A DNA stretch of 63,863 nt, filler included, from Octopus bimaculoides (taxonomy: Eukaryota), in NCBI RefSeq assembly GCF_001194135.2. It is 8 parts of 8 records of this genome, joined end to end, with 100 filler letters (N's around TTAATTAATTAA, not from the genome) between each part and the next. Parts side by side here need not be neighbours in the genome. Positions count along the whole stretch, not along the records: positions 24,437 to 48,663 come from NC_068990.1; positions 48,764 to 62,480 come from NC_068987.1; 6 more parts are not named here. One strand, 5' to 3'. Positions 47,641 to 61,709 of this stretch are shown here, one piece after another; within the stretch, counting starts at the first letter, position 1; each line of letters begins with the position of its first letter. The notes under the pieces are model-generated. The model ran no database searches and was not told the origin of the DNA. It saw nothing but the letters and a program-made list of their open reading frames with translations. A program made the position numbers and the translations under genes.

Positions 47641-49804
47641 CTGCATGGGGAAAGCAAGCGTCACTGCGTAAGACTAATGAAGGAGGACTTTCTCCGGTAG
47701 GGGCAATGCTGCTCCGAGCAGCTAAATACATAAATGCCGTTTCAGAGTGTCGAACTTTTGTCATGTTCAGTCACTAGCTGAGGGAAAGTATTTCCTTGTA
47801 TGTAAAATATGTACACATAATATGTTATATGATTGTATGTGTGTGTGTGTGTGTGTATGTGTGTGCGTATGTTCTTATGTATGCATATACGTACGAACGT
47901 TTGTTTATATAATTGTATTTATACATGCATACACACGGAGATTTATACACAAACACACACACACACACACACACACAGATATATATAGGAGGAGGGTAGC
48001 AACTTAAAGAACTAATAAGTAAATATAAAAATTGTCAATAAAAAAACAAATCTGAACACATTCTGTTATACACAGAGAGATACACACAGATATGTGTATA
48101 TTTTTATGCATACATACAAATACTTTGTGTGCCGCGTTCATTGAGGTATGTATGTGTCTTGACACGCATATAACTAAACGTGTGTGTGTACACATGAATG
48201 TAAACGTAGATGTGGTAAAAGGTCAGCATATAATTTGGGAGTAGTATGTATACATAGAATCAGAAAGGAATAAAGGATAGAAAAAGAGGGAGAAAGAGGG
48301 AGAGAAAAGGGGAGGGAGAGAAAGAGAAAGAGAGAGAGAGGTGAGGTAAGTTGAAGTTGAGATGTAGACACTTCCATCAATCTTACAAGTATCGATTGAG
48401 TTTGAATTCCAACGAATTTGCTCAAGTGAGATGACTGTTGGAAGAATAAACTCTTCCATTTGCTGTGAGAGAAGGGTCGGTTATTTTTGGCTTTTCACAT
48501 TTCAAAGAACCAATTTTGTAGAGTAGAAGTGGTTTTGCATGCATGCATATATATGTATGTTCGTTGGTATGCACGTTTGCGTGCTTGTAATATAAATGTA
48601 TGTAAGCAAAGTTATACATTTTATGAATCTATATTGGTATGTATGTATATATATATATATATANNNNNNNNNNNNNNNNNNNNNNNNNNNNNNNNNNNNN
48701 NNNNNNNTTAATTAATTAANNNNNNNNNNNNNNNNNNNNNNNNNNNNNNNNNNNNNNNNNNNNCGAGGGCAGAACAGTGCATTTTTCATCACGGACAAGT
48801 GAATTTTGGAGGAGGAGACTTGCAAACCTACCAGACAGATGAAAGAGCATTGTAGAAAATGAAGGAGAGTATATTTTACATTAACAAATAAAATAATACA
48901 AACCTGGTAAAGACAGTAGAGATAGTCGCTAATATTTCTACTATCTTTACCAGTTTAGTTAAATTAATTTAAATAACATAGTCCTGGCTTCACTAATTAT
49001 TTGCCTTCCTCACTACTTTAACCTATGCCTCTTGACTCATAGGTAAGATACCAACTGCCAGTTCTTTTCCGAACAAGACATTAACATAATCACAACTCAA
49101 TCCGCTGTTCTAACTGGAATATTAGCTCCTCATATTTTTTGTATACATACATACTTATATATATGTACACTCCGTCTGTAATTTAGAAATAGGAAAATAA
49201 ATCAAGGAAAACAAAAATATTTATTAGAAAATCCAATATATTTTTGTAGAACTTCATTTAGGTATTCTTTCATACACAGAGCAGAAAACTAATAAATAAT
49301 GCCGTCTTCATTTTATGATATGAGAGATACTAAACTACCATATTTATGAAGAACGTGAGTGTCTAGTTAAATTTTAGCCTGCTATGTTCCTTAATTCTTT
49401 AGTTCTCAGGGAGCATACACAACCAATATATAACATATATGTGTGTTTTGTGTGAGTGTATTTATATTTATTATGCCAGTGTACAATAAAATTTGCAGGG
49501 CGTTAGCTGCGAGAGCTTTTGTTAGGAAAAGAGTTTCACTAAGACTGGATGCAAAATTCCCGAGCATTGCTGTCGTAACAGTGTCATTGCATTGCCAAAT
49601 GCGTGTATTAGTGTAATTACGCTTCCAGAGTGATAAACCTCAATTTATAGTGATTGCTCAGTTGGGCCTTCCGTTCTGATATGTACATTCAAAAATAGAA
49701 TTTGTTTTCTTCCGTGTGGGGAGGCTTCGAGTAGCTGTAATTCATTTTTATTAAACACACATAACAGTCACGACCGAAATAACATGTTATATTCAACAAA
49801 TGTA

Positions 49805-50720
49805 TTACGAGAGTCAGTCAAACATTGTACGCAGTCTTTTTTCTGTAATTTATTAAAACAAGAGAACGGGATGAACATTTACATTATGTTTCGACATAGA
49901 CTCCTTACTTTTAGATGCACGTCTTCCAGTGGTCCACAAGCATACTTATTCCATCGGAGAATGAGGTTTTCGGATGGTCACGAAGCTATTTATCCATCAC
50001 CTCCTAGGTTTCTTCATCCATAGCAACTCCACAGCGTCCTAGCTGAGCTTTCCAAAGATGTCCGAGATTTAGATTGTATGCAGTGTGCCTCAGCAAGTAG
50101 AAACCCAATATTTAAATGTTTTCAGTGGTGTAAGCGACTATATGTGGGTGATCGTTGTTGTGCAAAAACAATTGCTTTGACAATAGACCTCGACGTTTGC
50201 TACGAATTTCTAGTTTCCGTTTATTGGCCAGAATTTTACTGACATCTACCCTGGTAACTGTAGACCACTTTTCCAAGGCATTTGTATCTACAGAACCAGT
50301 TAGAATCACTGCAAGGGTGGGTCTTGAATTTCGATTTTCCTGCTGGCGTTTATGGATGTTTTCACACCATACCCTGCACTTGGATTCTACCTCAAGAGAC
50401 TATTCATCTCCTGTTACTATTCTCTGCAAAATGCTTTGCTTTCATCTTTCTTACGGTCGAGAAAATATTGACAGATCCGTACACGATTGCGGTCATTCTT
50501 TTTCGGTGAGCTCTCTTCGCACCCATCTCACACAGACTTTACAAAAGCAAGACTTGCCGTGTAAGCTTTCGCATGCAGAACCATGACTAATTTGCAGAGA
50601 ACACACCACCTCATTGAAGGCCGCTCGGCCGTTAGCTACAAGCATCTCCCGAACTTGTTAACTCTTCACGTCGGTGGACATTCATGGACATCCCGATCCC
50701 TTCTATATTCTTACTCCACG
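49805..50720 (-). mobile_element. Mariner-like transposase pseudogene
   Basis: RIVTGDE, LHNNDHPH, DGISMLVDHWKTCI..GVYVET*; TIR-like TACGAGAGTCAGTCAAA at ~49806. Confidence 0.8.
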
Positions 50721-51312
50721 CTTTCCCGGCCACATCCTATCATACATATATCTGCGTGAAAGAGTGCTGCTATAGTATTGTTCTGATCCCTACGATGTAT
50801 TTCAGACACTGCAATAACCTAAGACCAGAGAAATTGGATTACTGATTACTGTTCTTTTTTGTTACACATTGCCAGCGGGCAAGCTATGTTTACTCTGTAA
50901 TGCAAGAAGGAAAATGGACCGACCGAGGTAAAGTCACGACTCCATAACCACATGAGTTTCACTTCAGCATGCAAGCGTTAGAGGCAGTGTGGCTAACGTA
51001 AAGAAAGTTCTCACGAAGATGCAGATAATATTTTGAATTACCCTTCTAATTTACACATGGCATTATACCACTCCAGCGTACTAGAGTTATATAGATTGAA
51101 TGGGGCATGCCAAAACAGCTGTAAGATTTTGTCCCTTCTTCGGTTGCTAGATCTTTTAAATTTGAAATTTCAATTGTTGATATGACAGTATGTCATAAGT
51201 GTCTGTATATTGTATTTATTTTCCTTTTGGTTGTAAAATAAACGGATTAATCAACACATTACAATGTCTGCACGTTGATGAGTACCTCATATTACCCTCC
51301 ATTCTCTTATTG

Positions 51313-51359
<47 letters not shown>

Positions 51360-52001
51360 TCGTGTGTTAAAATAGTGTAAGGTTCTAGTTTATATTTTCT
51401 GTACATACTACACTTCACAATTTTTGCGTACCTTCTTTCAACACATGCAAGCATGTTCGTGGCATGCTTATAACAAATACATTTATCAGAGGCAACTTAA
51501 ATGCTACCGTTGCAACTTATAGCGGATACGCACTACATAAATGTTCCACCATAGTTTTATACTTCATATATTCTGTAAATCGGAAACGCTTTGAAACTTT
51601 TCACAGGCGAATATTTGCTCATTTCTAATATACAATGATGTCTTTTGTTTGTAACAAAAAACACCAAAATAAAAAAAACTGTAGCAGACACTTAATGTCA
51701 CTTTAGCAAACCACTGGTGAGAACTGTTATAGACGTTGCTTTATTCTTCTTTCATGTCTAGCTGCTAAATCATTTGTTTTGTGATAATACATTTCTCATA
51801 TATAATTCATAACGTTTATTAAGATTGTTAAGAGAACTTGTTCACATATTCTACTTTTCTTGCCAGTAAACTTCATGTTCTTGACATTTTCGTCTCTGCA
51901 CGGAGTGTGCTCAAAGAAAACGTATTTTACCTAAAAACTTATAATTCTACAGAATTAAAATCTTCGTTTCACCGATATATATTACATCTGTCGCCATATA
52001 C

Positions 52002-52045
52002 CCGAGTTCGATTCCAAGCAGTGACCTGAATTCCAAGCAGTGACC

Positions 52046-52118
<73 letters not shown>

Positions 52119-52680
52119 CGGATGCAGTACCAGACAGTGACTCTCATGGTTACTGATCTTAATCGATTGGAGGTATTATCATGTGCATTGTTTTGTCGTG
52201 GTATAAAACATGGTCTACAGCAAATATTCTACTTAATACCACAGATTTTCTTGTCAGTTATTTGACCTTAACCAATTGAGCATGTCCCTTAGTAGCTGAC
52301 TATATGTGCATCTCTGATCATGAGCAGAAGTAGTGGAGGAGCATCATAGCCATGTGTTGAGAGGAATTCTTTGGGGTTTGAATAATTCACCTTTGGAAAC
52401 ATGGGTGTTTTGCTCAAGATCCTTAAACCAACCTTATTCACTTACCTTTTGAGCGGGATGAGCTACTCGACATGAAGAAAATCCTAACTTGGCCCCCACC
52501 TGCCAGGTCATGCGCTGTTTATTTTGAAACATTGAAATATACCTTAGGAATGAAAATCCAGGTTTGAAATTTCCCCAGGACACCTGATGAAGGCTGGAGG
52601 GTATATCAGCCGTATCGTTATGTTAAGAAGAAACAAGATGAGGACAAATATCTGTCAAATGCAAAAAATGTAAATAATGT
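52002..52680 (+). mobile_element. tRNA-headed HHR element, copy 3, with a ~400-bp insertion after its (AAT)n
   Basis: B box gagttcgattcc at ~52006, (AAT)n 52049-52117, insert ~52118-52525, tail 52526-52680 with GAAA mutated to GTAT. Confidence 0.8.
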
Positions 52681-53036
52681 ATATCTGTCGCTAGTTGAGT
52701 TTCCTCGCCCCCACACCAACACACGCATATATGCATAAAATATGTATATGCGTGTGTATGTATGCATGAGTATATGTATACATATGTGATGTTCACAAAG
52801 CCAATACAGGAATGGAAAACGGGAATAGCGTTGATAGACTTTTTTCCGACGCTATAAGCAGCATCCAATCACGTGCGATCGCAAATTAAAAGGTCTCAAG
52901 TAAATGTGACTTTATTCACACCTCACCGATCATGGTGTTAAACTCGATAAATATGTCTGATAGATTGCATCTTTTTAAATTCTTGCAAACCGTGTTTATT
53001 TTGAAAAGATTCTTGTATCTCTAAAATGACTTTTAC

Positions 53037-53190
53037 CTAAGTTCAGTGCATCATGTTGCTGCTTGTCAGATTCGTTTGACGAAACAACACAATAATTTGT
53101 TCGTGTGCAAAATTCAAAAGTAACATTGAAGCACAAAGCGAAAATTATCATGAGGTTCAGCAACTTTGGCCTTCCCAAAATTCCTGACAT
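53037..53190 (-). CDS. Putative first coding segment of host gene (MSGILGRPKLLNLMIIFALCFNVTFEFC...QHDALNL); whole exon 53037-53249
   Basis: Acceptor ggtttcttttcag at 53250, donor TAG|gtaaaa at 53036, 213 nt open in one frame, ATG at 53190 followed by a hydrophobic segment; its phase-1 end joins exon 15206 in frame. Confidence 0.55.
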
Positions 53191-53455
53191 GTGATTGCTG
53201 ATCTGATTTGCTTCAAGGTGAACTGTTGTGCACCCGTATATTGGGTTCGCTGAAAAGAAACCTAGGCATATGTTCATTGGGTTTATGAAGGAGACCAATC
53301 TAAATGGATTCAACTTTTCCTAACTATCCTCAGAATTTGAAAAAAATCCATAGCGTTCTACCGGAATGAGGATCCTATCGTCGCTTTTCTAACTCTGCTT
53401 TCATCTACTCTTCACTGCCACGGTGACGAAACGCATGGCTGAACGCAACACTTAC

Positions 53456-53650
53456 TTCCACGGCTATCGTCCTCAATGCGATACGAAGCCAGGAAGCAAA
53501 GTTGTCGTACGTCCGATCTCTACATCTATGTGCTGTATAATCCCACCACGTGAATACTGCCCTTGAGTTCGCACTGCTCCATTCATTTTCTTCATGATGC
53601 AAAACATGTCTCTTGCCAGCTTCTCTTTGCAACTTATGTATTTTTGCCTC
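53456..53650 (-). other. Putative non-coding first exon (5' boundary unknown)
   Basis: Consensus donor GAA|gtaagt at 53455, CpG-rich context, in-frame stops upstream of ATG 53190 after splicing. Confidence 0.35.
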
Positions 53651-55109
53651 GAATGTGTAATTGGCAGATGTCAGATCTGTGTAAATTTATTTCCAATCGA
53701 GAAAGGGTAACTGAACGTTCTCCTCTACAATTTTGTCGTTTTAGTCATAATTCCAGTTGTTGCTGCTTTCTCTACCTAATACAAGATCATTGCGTACCAG
53801 TCACCGCCGGATGGATTTATTTTCGCACCGCTTTTAGTCGAAATAGGAGTAACGATAACACACAGACTTCCATTTACCCCTGTTAAATTGGCACAAAATT
53901 GTCACAGCTCATGGCGAAAATTCGTCAGGTAGTATGGCGGATGCTTCGAAATTTGCAATCTGATCAATTGCAATTCAATCAGCGGAAAACGGCTAAGACA
54001 AATTGTTTATATAATAAAAGTATATTAGAGCAGTGCCAAGAAAACAAGATTAATTGCTCTCCCGATTATCCAGCTCATATCAAAACTCCATTAATCAACT
54101 TTTATAATCAGTAGGAAATATCATAATTAATCTTAGAAAAGAAGTAAAAAGTGAGAATCTAACTACTGAAAATTATATTTTGCCGTAAATCATGTAATTT
54201 TAGCCAGTTCAGCAAGGTATATTCTTCTCTGTATACATTTTGTGATAACAAGCAATATGAATATCTAGGACCAGCGAAAGAATATAGTGCTAGTAGCATT
54301 CATATACAGTTTCACAATAATAATTTGACAAATACATATCCAGAAAAATCCTTCATTGATCTCATAGAGCAGGTCTCAGTTGCTATTTAGTAATTGTGTT
54401 ATATCCTCCAGTAGTAGTGATAAATTTTATGTATCAAGTATTTATGCTGTATAGCATTTCATATATTTCTATTTATTCATGTTTTTCAAAAACAAATTTC
54501 TCATATGTGTAAATCACAAAGTAGCAAAACTGGAAGAAAGCACGGCCAAGAGACGTTGTCATGGGTTTTGTCCAATGATTGATAATATTAAACATGATTA
54601 TTAAATTATGAAAAAATTGTGCATATATATACTGCATATATATGGTATATAACAAGACAGGAAGTTGGAAAATTTATTGGTATTATTTATTCACCATTAC
54701 ACGTGTTTCATTTACTAATAGGAAGTATCATTTAATTTCTCTAATAGGAGTTATCATTTAATTCCCCTGCCTCAAGAATTTCTAATAGGAAATATCTTAC
54801 ATGCCTACCTACCATGTCAAACTGTAATTCTTATTAACAAAAGAAATATGTGTAAAGGTGAATAAATATTACGTATAAATTTTCCAAGTTCCTGCTTTGC
54901 TATATCTCTGAAAATAATATATCTAGAATTTTCAAGTTTAATATTTACTTTGCACCTATACTGAAACAACCACAATTAAATATTGGATTGTAATAATGCA
55001 ATAAGCAGATGTGCTTCAAGAGAAGCAACTGGTATTTTAACCTACTTATTTACATTACCCATACATACATACACACATACATACATACATTCATACATAC
55101 ATACATACA

Positions 55110-55149
<40 letters not shown>

Positions 55150-58100
55150 TGTACGTGTGCGTGTGTATGTGCGTGTACGTGTGCGTGTGTGTGTGTGTGT
55201 TGCTTAATTATAAGTAACATAAAAACCTACGTTATAATGTAAATCTCTTCACAAGTCCTGAACAGAATTTTAGAACTTCAAGCCTCTCGCTTTTACGAAC
55301 GGAATTCTGAAGACACTATTTCCGATCTCTAATAGGTTATGCGGAATTTCTTCTGTCGTATATTAATTACAGTATTTGCATGACCCGCTGTAATTTAATA
55401 TCCAAAATATCTAAGTAGGACAGTAAATAAAAAAGAGAAGAAACTGTTAGTTACCTAGAGAATTACTCATGTTACATCACAATATGTTTGGTTCAGTTCC
55501 TATATACTTATTACTTGATTAGTTCGTGTTTTCCAGTCATAAACTTATGTTTTCTTAATTGTATTTCTATATTTCTTTATTTGATCATAAGATGCAGCAG
55601 ACCTTTTCATGTGCATAAAGATAACGTCTGGTTCAGTATATATACGAGGACCCATATTTCTTAGGATTTAATACACTGCATTTGACCGTTTCGCAGCATT
55701 ACCCTAAAACTGCTGCTTCTGAAATACCAGCTGTGATTAAGAACGCAATCTAACTAATATCTTATTTATGCAGAATCAGTGCATCTCTATAAGAGCTGAA
55801 TGCAATGTAAATAACGAGAATTTACACGCACACGATTAGAGTGATATTGTGAAAACCTAAACTATTCATTAATATAAGATATTTATAAGCTATTTATCCT
55901 CAAATAATTACTGATGCGAATAGAGATTTACTCGAACGCAGATGTGATTTAATCATATAATTATGATAGGATTTTCCGAATATACTTCAAGCAGGATAAG
56001 CATTAGTGATTTAAGGTAAGAGGCAACATAATGTCTCAACTTCTTTCTTCTTTTATACATTACTGTCTATTTGCGAGGTATATTTCAGAGACATGTATAT
56101 AAACGTTCGCGGTGAAAACAAGTTAGTATTAATTAAAACAGTATATAGAATAGTGATTATAATGATGATGAAACAGATAATGAGACGAAACAGAAGATAC
56201 ATATGACTTTGATGAGAATACGACTATGTCTATAATGATGATTACATTGTCAGAAGAATTAGCGAAATATAGAAAACACATTGAATTTTCTGTGTATAGA
56301 TTTTCATTTGAAATTCAATGTCATATTCAATTTTTTATCAAAGTCAAAATTGATGGTTAACACAACATTCTACTGCAGGGGAATAATAGGTGTCACTGTT
56401 TAATTACGTATATAAGTTATCAGTCTATCTCTTAAGAATGATTTTCATAGACAGAACGAAAGATATATAGAAAGTACAATTGTAACTGGATGAAGTAAAC
56501 GTCAACTATCAATTATATGTAAATTTACATTTTTTAGTAGATTCGAAATATACGATTTGCAGTTATACAGTAACATTTAATGAGAAGAATTTACACATGG
56601 GTTTTGGCAGACGTTAAAACATGTGACAGTAATATGCTTTCTACATAATCCCTAACGATACGAATTTGAATTGCTTAAATTATAACACACTAAGCAAATT
56701 AGTTCTTGACAAACACAGTCCTTAATAGAGATAAAACTATAAGAGTCTAGCAAATGGAGGCAATGGAGACAACGAATGACTTTCAATTAATTTTAGACAT
56801 GGTTATATTTATTGCCTATTTTCATTGAAATTCTACAAAAATACAGTTTGATTTCCCTTCAAAATAATATTCTGTATTCTTGTTAATAAGATCTAATCAC
56901 TTAGTTTGATTAATGATTATTCTCCGTATGGTAATTAGTTATTAGAAATGTTTAGAAAATTTGTAATTTTATTGGGCTGTTCATTTTTGTCTTATTTAGG
57001 TTAAATTTCTTAATTAAATGTTATGAATATCATTTCGATAACGAACTTTATTAATAACTGGTGCAATATTATAGAGCACATTATGGCCTTTTTTATTTGC
57101 TTTCTTTTCAGACAGTAACATTTAATTAGACTGAAGACTTTTCAATCAAATACTTCACATTTATTAAGATGATGACGCTTTGTAGTTTCCGTTGATAATA
57201 CACAAAATTATTTTAAAAACACGAATAAATAAAACTGTGCGCTATTAACCTCATAAAACAGAAATTTGAAATCTCCATTGACACTTTCATTATTGTAGAG
57301 AGAATTGTATTTTAAACGATATGTGTAACACTGATCGAAATTATATTAATATTCATACAAAACGAATTATGAATAACAGAATTTGAGAGAAACAACATAG
57401 CACAATTAATATTTCGTCTGTTGTTGTTATATATTCATTTCTTTTCCCTCTTATTTTCAAAACATAATTGATTTATATTGAAAAATATTCCACCTTAATC
57501 TGTATTTCGCAGGTTTTGTCAGTGTTTCATTTTAAATATCTGTAAGATGATAATTAGAAAGAGCTGACCATATCATGTGATTTTTAATTGAAAAAAATAT
57601 ATATTACCGTTTCAAAATTTAATTTGAACGACCAGACAAATGCGTCAATATTGAATTGTAATATGATAAAATTATTAGATGTTATATAATGACGATTATA
57701 TACTAAAATATGAATGTTTAATTATTACGTCACATCACATAAAACAAATTAAGGAAGTTTTATATATAAAATTCACTTTCATAAAAAAAAACGATATGTT
57801 CATGAAAAGACTAATTTAAAAATTACCACCTCCTGAACAGGAGTTGTAAAATCTATTTGATAAACACACACACTGGCATAAATGCATACATTTACCTACA
57901 TCCATTCATATGCACATAGAAATGGACCACTCACTTTTTTGACAGAGAAAGCAACGCGCATGATAAATTCTTGTATTCCTAGATAATACTACGAAGACGT
58001 AATGGCTCTAAAAGTTTCCTCTACTCATATGTTTGCATGATCATCATTGGTGTGGAGTAAACTGTAATACACAAACTGCACATCATACATAAAACAAGAA

Positions 58101-58792
58101 GAAAATTTCATTGTGTTTTGAAATCTAATATTTTTTGTTAACGTCAAAATATGCATTACGTGACGAAGATTACTTTAAATGTCGAATAATAAATACTAAA
58201 TTATTGGAATGGGATCACCCGATGAGATAGCTGCATCAGTTTTTGGTTTAATACGATAATTTTATAACTATCTTCGAATTTTAACATCCTTAATATGTTG
58301 TTTAATAATTTAAAATATTTCATTATATGTATGTTCACGCCATTTCTATTATCAGCAAACATGAACGCGACCAGGTTGCGATTTTTCATTTCGCAATATC
58401 GATTCCAGCCTCTTATACAAAATAGATATAAACGTAGTTACAACTTATTATGTAAAAGAATAGAAAGGATATATCTCTAGCGTGATTTCTTCTCCTTCTT
58501 TAAAATTTAAAGAGATTGAAATCGATGTCTATCACCATTATGATAAATGAAATCATTACAATAATTACTGCTGTATACAACAACTCCCTCTCAATGAATA
58601 TATATAGGAACATTGATTAGTCGTCGTATTTCCGTTGAACTTATGCCACCAGCAGTTAACAGACATAAATTCACACATACTTATATGTATGTATAGATAT
58701 GTATGTATATTTGTGTGTGTGTGCAAACTCATACATGTACATATAGATACACACACACACGCACACACACACATATATATATATATATATGT

Positions 58793-58838
<46 letters not shown>

Positions 58839-58863
58839 TGTATGTATGTATGTATGTATATTC

Positions 58864-58913
<50 letters not shown>

Positions 58914-59279
58914 ATTATATATATATACATATATATACATACATACATACATATATATGCATATGTTCGTGTGTATGTATGTATACGTGTAGTTATGGAG
59001 AGAAACAGAAATTATAACATCTAAAATGAGGACGAGGAGGAGGAGGAGGAGGGGGAGGACGAGGAGGACTTTATTATTTCTATGATTTTTATTCTTCTTT
59101 CAATTGTGTTTCCAGTTATTGCGGAGTGTCTCCTCGACCCCTAGGTCAAAGTCACTCATTGTATACACTGATATGCTAATAAAATAAAACAGCAGATTGT
59201 TCCTTTACAAAATAAAATGAATTTAATGGAGAACGAACATGATAAATGAAACACCTTTGCATCTGTGGTAATCGTTCTC

Positions 59280-59915
59280 AAAGCAACAATGACCATCTCA
59301 ATACGTGTGACGTGCCAGGTAAAATAATCTTTTGGTCTCGTTGCAAAGATTGGAAGCCATGGGTCATTCTCAAAGAATTTTCAGTTCCTCTTTTGATCAT
59401 TCCATACGCTCCTAAAATTATTGGTATTGTAACCTCCTTACGACGCCACATTTGTTCGATCTATGTTTTGTGATCTTGCCAAATTCGTTTGCCAAGATAT
59501 TAAAATCATAAGAAATACTAGTGTCAATCAATAAACACTTTGTTAAGCCTCCGAGTTATGCTTATAACACTTGTCAAGAGTTTTGATTCTATAACGCCAT
59601 GATTATTAATCAGTGTGAACTCCGTAATGTCCTGGTTTATACACCGTAGGCGCTAAAACTATCTATCCAGGAATAAGGAAGCCCACTCTTTCAATCTCAA
59701 CTTTGCTGACTTGGCGATTTGGGTGCACATCATTTTTCATCACATTGCGTTAATAGCTCAGGTCAATACGCTTAATCTTCAACAGCAATGACGAAGCCTT
59801 CGCGCTCTTTCTTTAAACCTATGTTTCGTAGCCACTGATGGGTGTGCTTCTGGTCATTATGAGATTGTTTGCTTTTTGCGGCAAACAACATATATTCCAC
59901 ACCGAGGTTTGATAT
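59280..59915 (-). mobile_element. R4/Dong-like LINE 3' fragment
   Basis: HQWLRNIGLKKEREGFVIAVED; IEQMWRRKEVTIPIILGAYGMIK. Confidence 0.85.
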
Positions 59916-59937
59916 TATTATTACTATTATTATTATT

Positions 59938-59979
<42 letters not shown>

Positions 59980-59981
<2 letters not shown>

Positions 59982-61620
59982 GTGCTTGACTTTTGCTTTG
60001 TACAAGTTGACTCCAAGTCTCACTCAGAGACAAGTTAGAAGTTTATGTTAGTGTTACGCCTAGAGTGTCATATACTTGGCTTAGCACATAGTATACTTCT
60101 AGAAAATATTTCTGAAAACACATGAAAATTATGTGCTTGTTTTAAAATTTGATATTGCATAGACAGTAATTTACGTAGGACATGGGCAGTTCCCATGAGC
60201 ACTGTCTTATGAATTCCTGCCATTTTGAGGTTTTCTGGTATCTGAGCTAAGTAGGAATCATTCTTTTGCTATCATTCCTTGGACACTTATGACACCAGGT
60301 ATTGTTTTATTCTTGAGGTTCCACATTTTGACAATTTCAATTTCAATATCTTTATACCTGCTCAGTTTTTGGTAGGTCTTGACAGATATATTTATGTCGA
60401 TTGAGATAGCCATATCAATGAGGAGGCATGATTGTTGTCTGAAGACCTTCAATATAATGTGTGAAGTTCCAGAGGAATGACATGTGATCATTTTCAAGCA
60501 CTGGGAGTGGTTTGTGTTCCCATCACTTTTTTATCATGGGTCAGGTCCAAGTTTTTGCAAATTGCCCAGTGAATATACTGTACAACTCTATCACACCTGT
60601 TGAGATACGCTATAGGCGTATGGAGACACCATGGTCAATGGTTTCATTTTGTTGTTTAGCTACACAGCATATTGAGCTACTGCCGTTCTTGAATATATTA
60701 GCCTCGTAGCTCCTTGTAGGTAGGCACTGATCTTGAGCTGCTATGATATACCCTTCTGATTTTAAGCCAGAGGGCACTAACCATTGATGAGTATGGGTTT
60801 TGTCAGCATCTGCGCTATTATCCCTCTTTGGGTATTTGCCATTCAGAGATTTTTCTTGGCATTTTTTAATAGGAATGTCTAAGGCAGCAGTTTTAGCACG
60901 GGTTTTCATACACTTATCTTTTTCTGTGTTTATTTCTAGTGCGTCTAATTCTGGGATTTGTTGTATTTGGAATTTACTTCGATATACCTTTGCCTGCTTT
61001 GTTACTGAGTATGATGCTTTCTTGCTTTTGTGCTTTAAGACAAGTTTTAACATCCAGTCATCAGAGTTTTTCAGGTGGGTATTTAAGCCAACTGTGGCAA
61101 TCTTCTCTCCAGGTGAAGTCATTCTATATCTTCCTTAGGGTGGTGCATTCTATGCATTGTTAGCAATTATCGTATTTTTCTGTCACGATTACATATTTCA
61201 GTAATTATCTTTTAAATTATATTGAAACTGTAAGTCATGACCGGTACGGCTTAAGTATTGATAACTTCGATCCTGTTTCGAGCATTCAGCTCTGCCTTGA
61301 TTATTGACCTTACACTGCGATAACATTCTCTTCTGATCCTTTCCCCCATCGGTGAATGTTTGATTCCATCGCCTTCTAATACCCCTAGGTATTTCTAGCT
61401 CTCCACTGGTTCTAAGTTATTCATGACATTTTGCTGGTCAATATTAACGCTGCATGTTTTTGTCATTTTTCCTTTGATAAATGTAGCTTTTGCACATTTA
61501 TCGAGGCCAAATTGCATCCTGATGTCATCATCCAATTGTTTAACAATTGCTAGTAAACCGTGCAATTGTTGGTAATTTTTGCAAAGAGCTTTAAATCATC
61601 CATCTAAAAGATTTGAATTA
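59980..61620 (-). mobile_element. R4/Dong-like LINE, RT to endonuclease, degenerate
   Basis: *MDDLKLFAK, FGLDKCAK, HQWLVPSGLKSEGYIIAAQDQ, KYKDIEIEIVKMW, VLMGTAHVLRK; bounded by (GAT)n/(AAT)n tracts. Confidence 0.9.
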
Positions 61621-61649
61621 TATTTTTGTCAAACATTTTATGGCCATTT

Positions 61650-61705
<56 letters not shown>

Positions 61706-61709
61706 CTTT

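Noticed and set aside
53405-53632. Minus ORF ending DNFASWLRIALRTIAVE, vaguely like a channel pore helix
   Set aside because: No convincing acceptor, and its phase-0 end is incompatible with the next exon; better explained as 5' UTR.
54006-54013. TATATAAA on the minus strand upstream of the putative first exon
   Set aside because: Expected by chance in such AT-rich DNA; no clear initiator at the right spacing.
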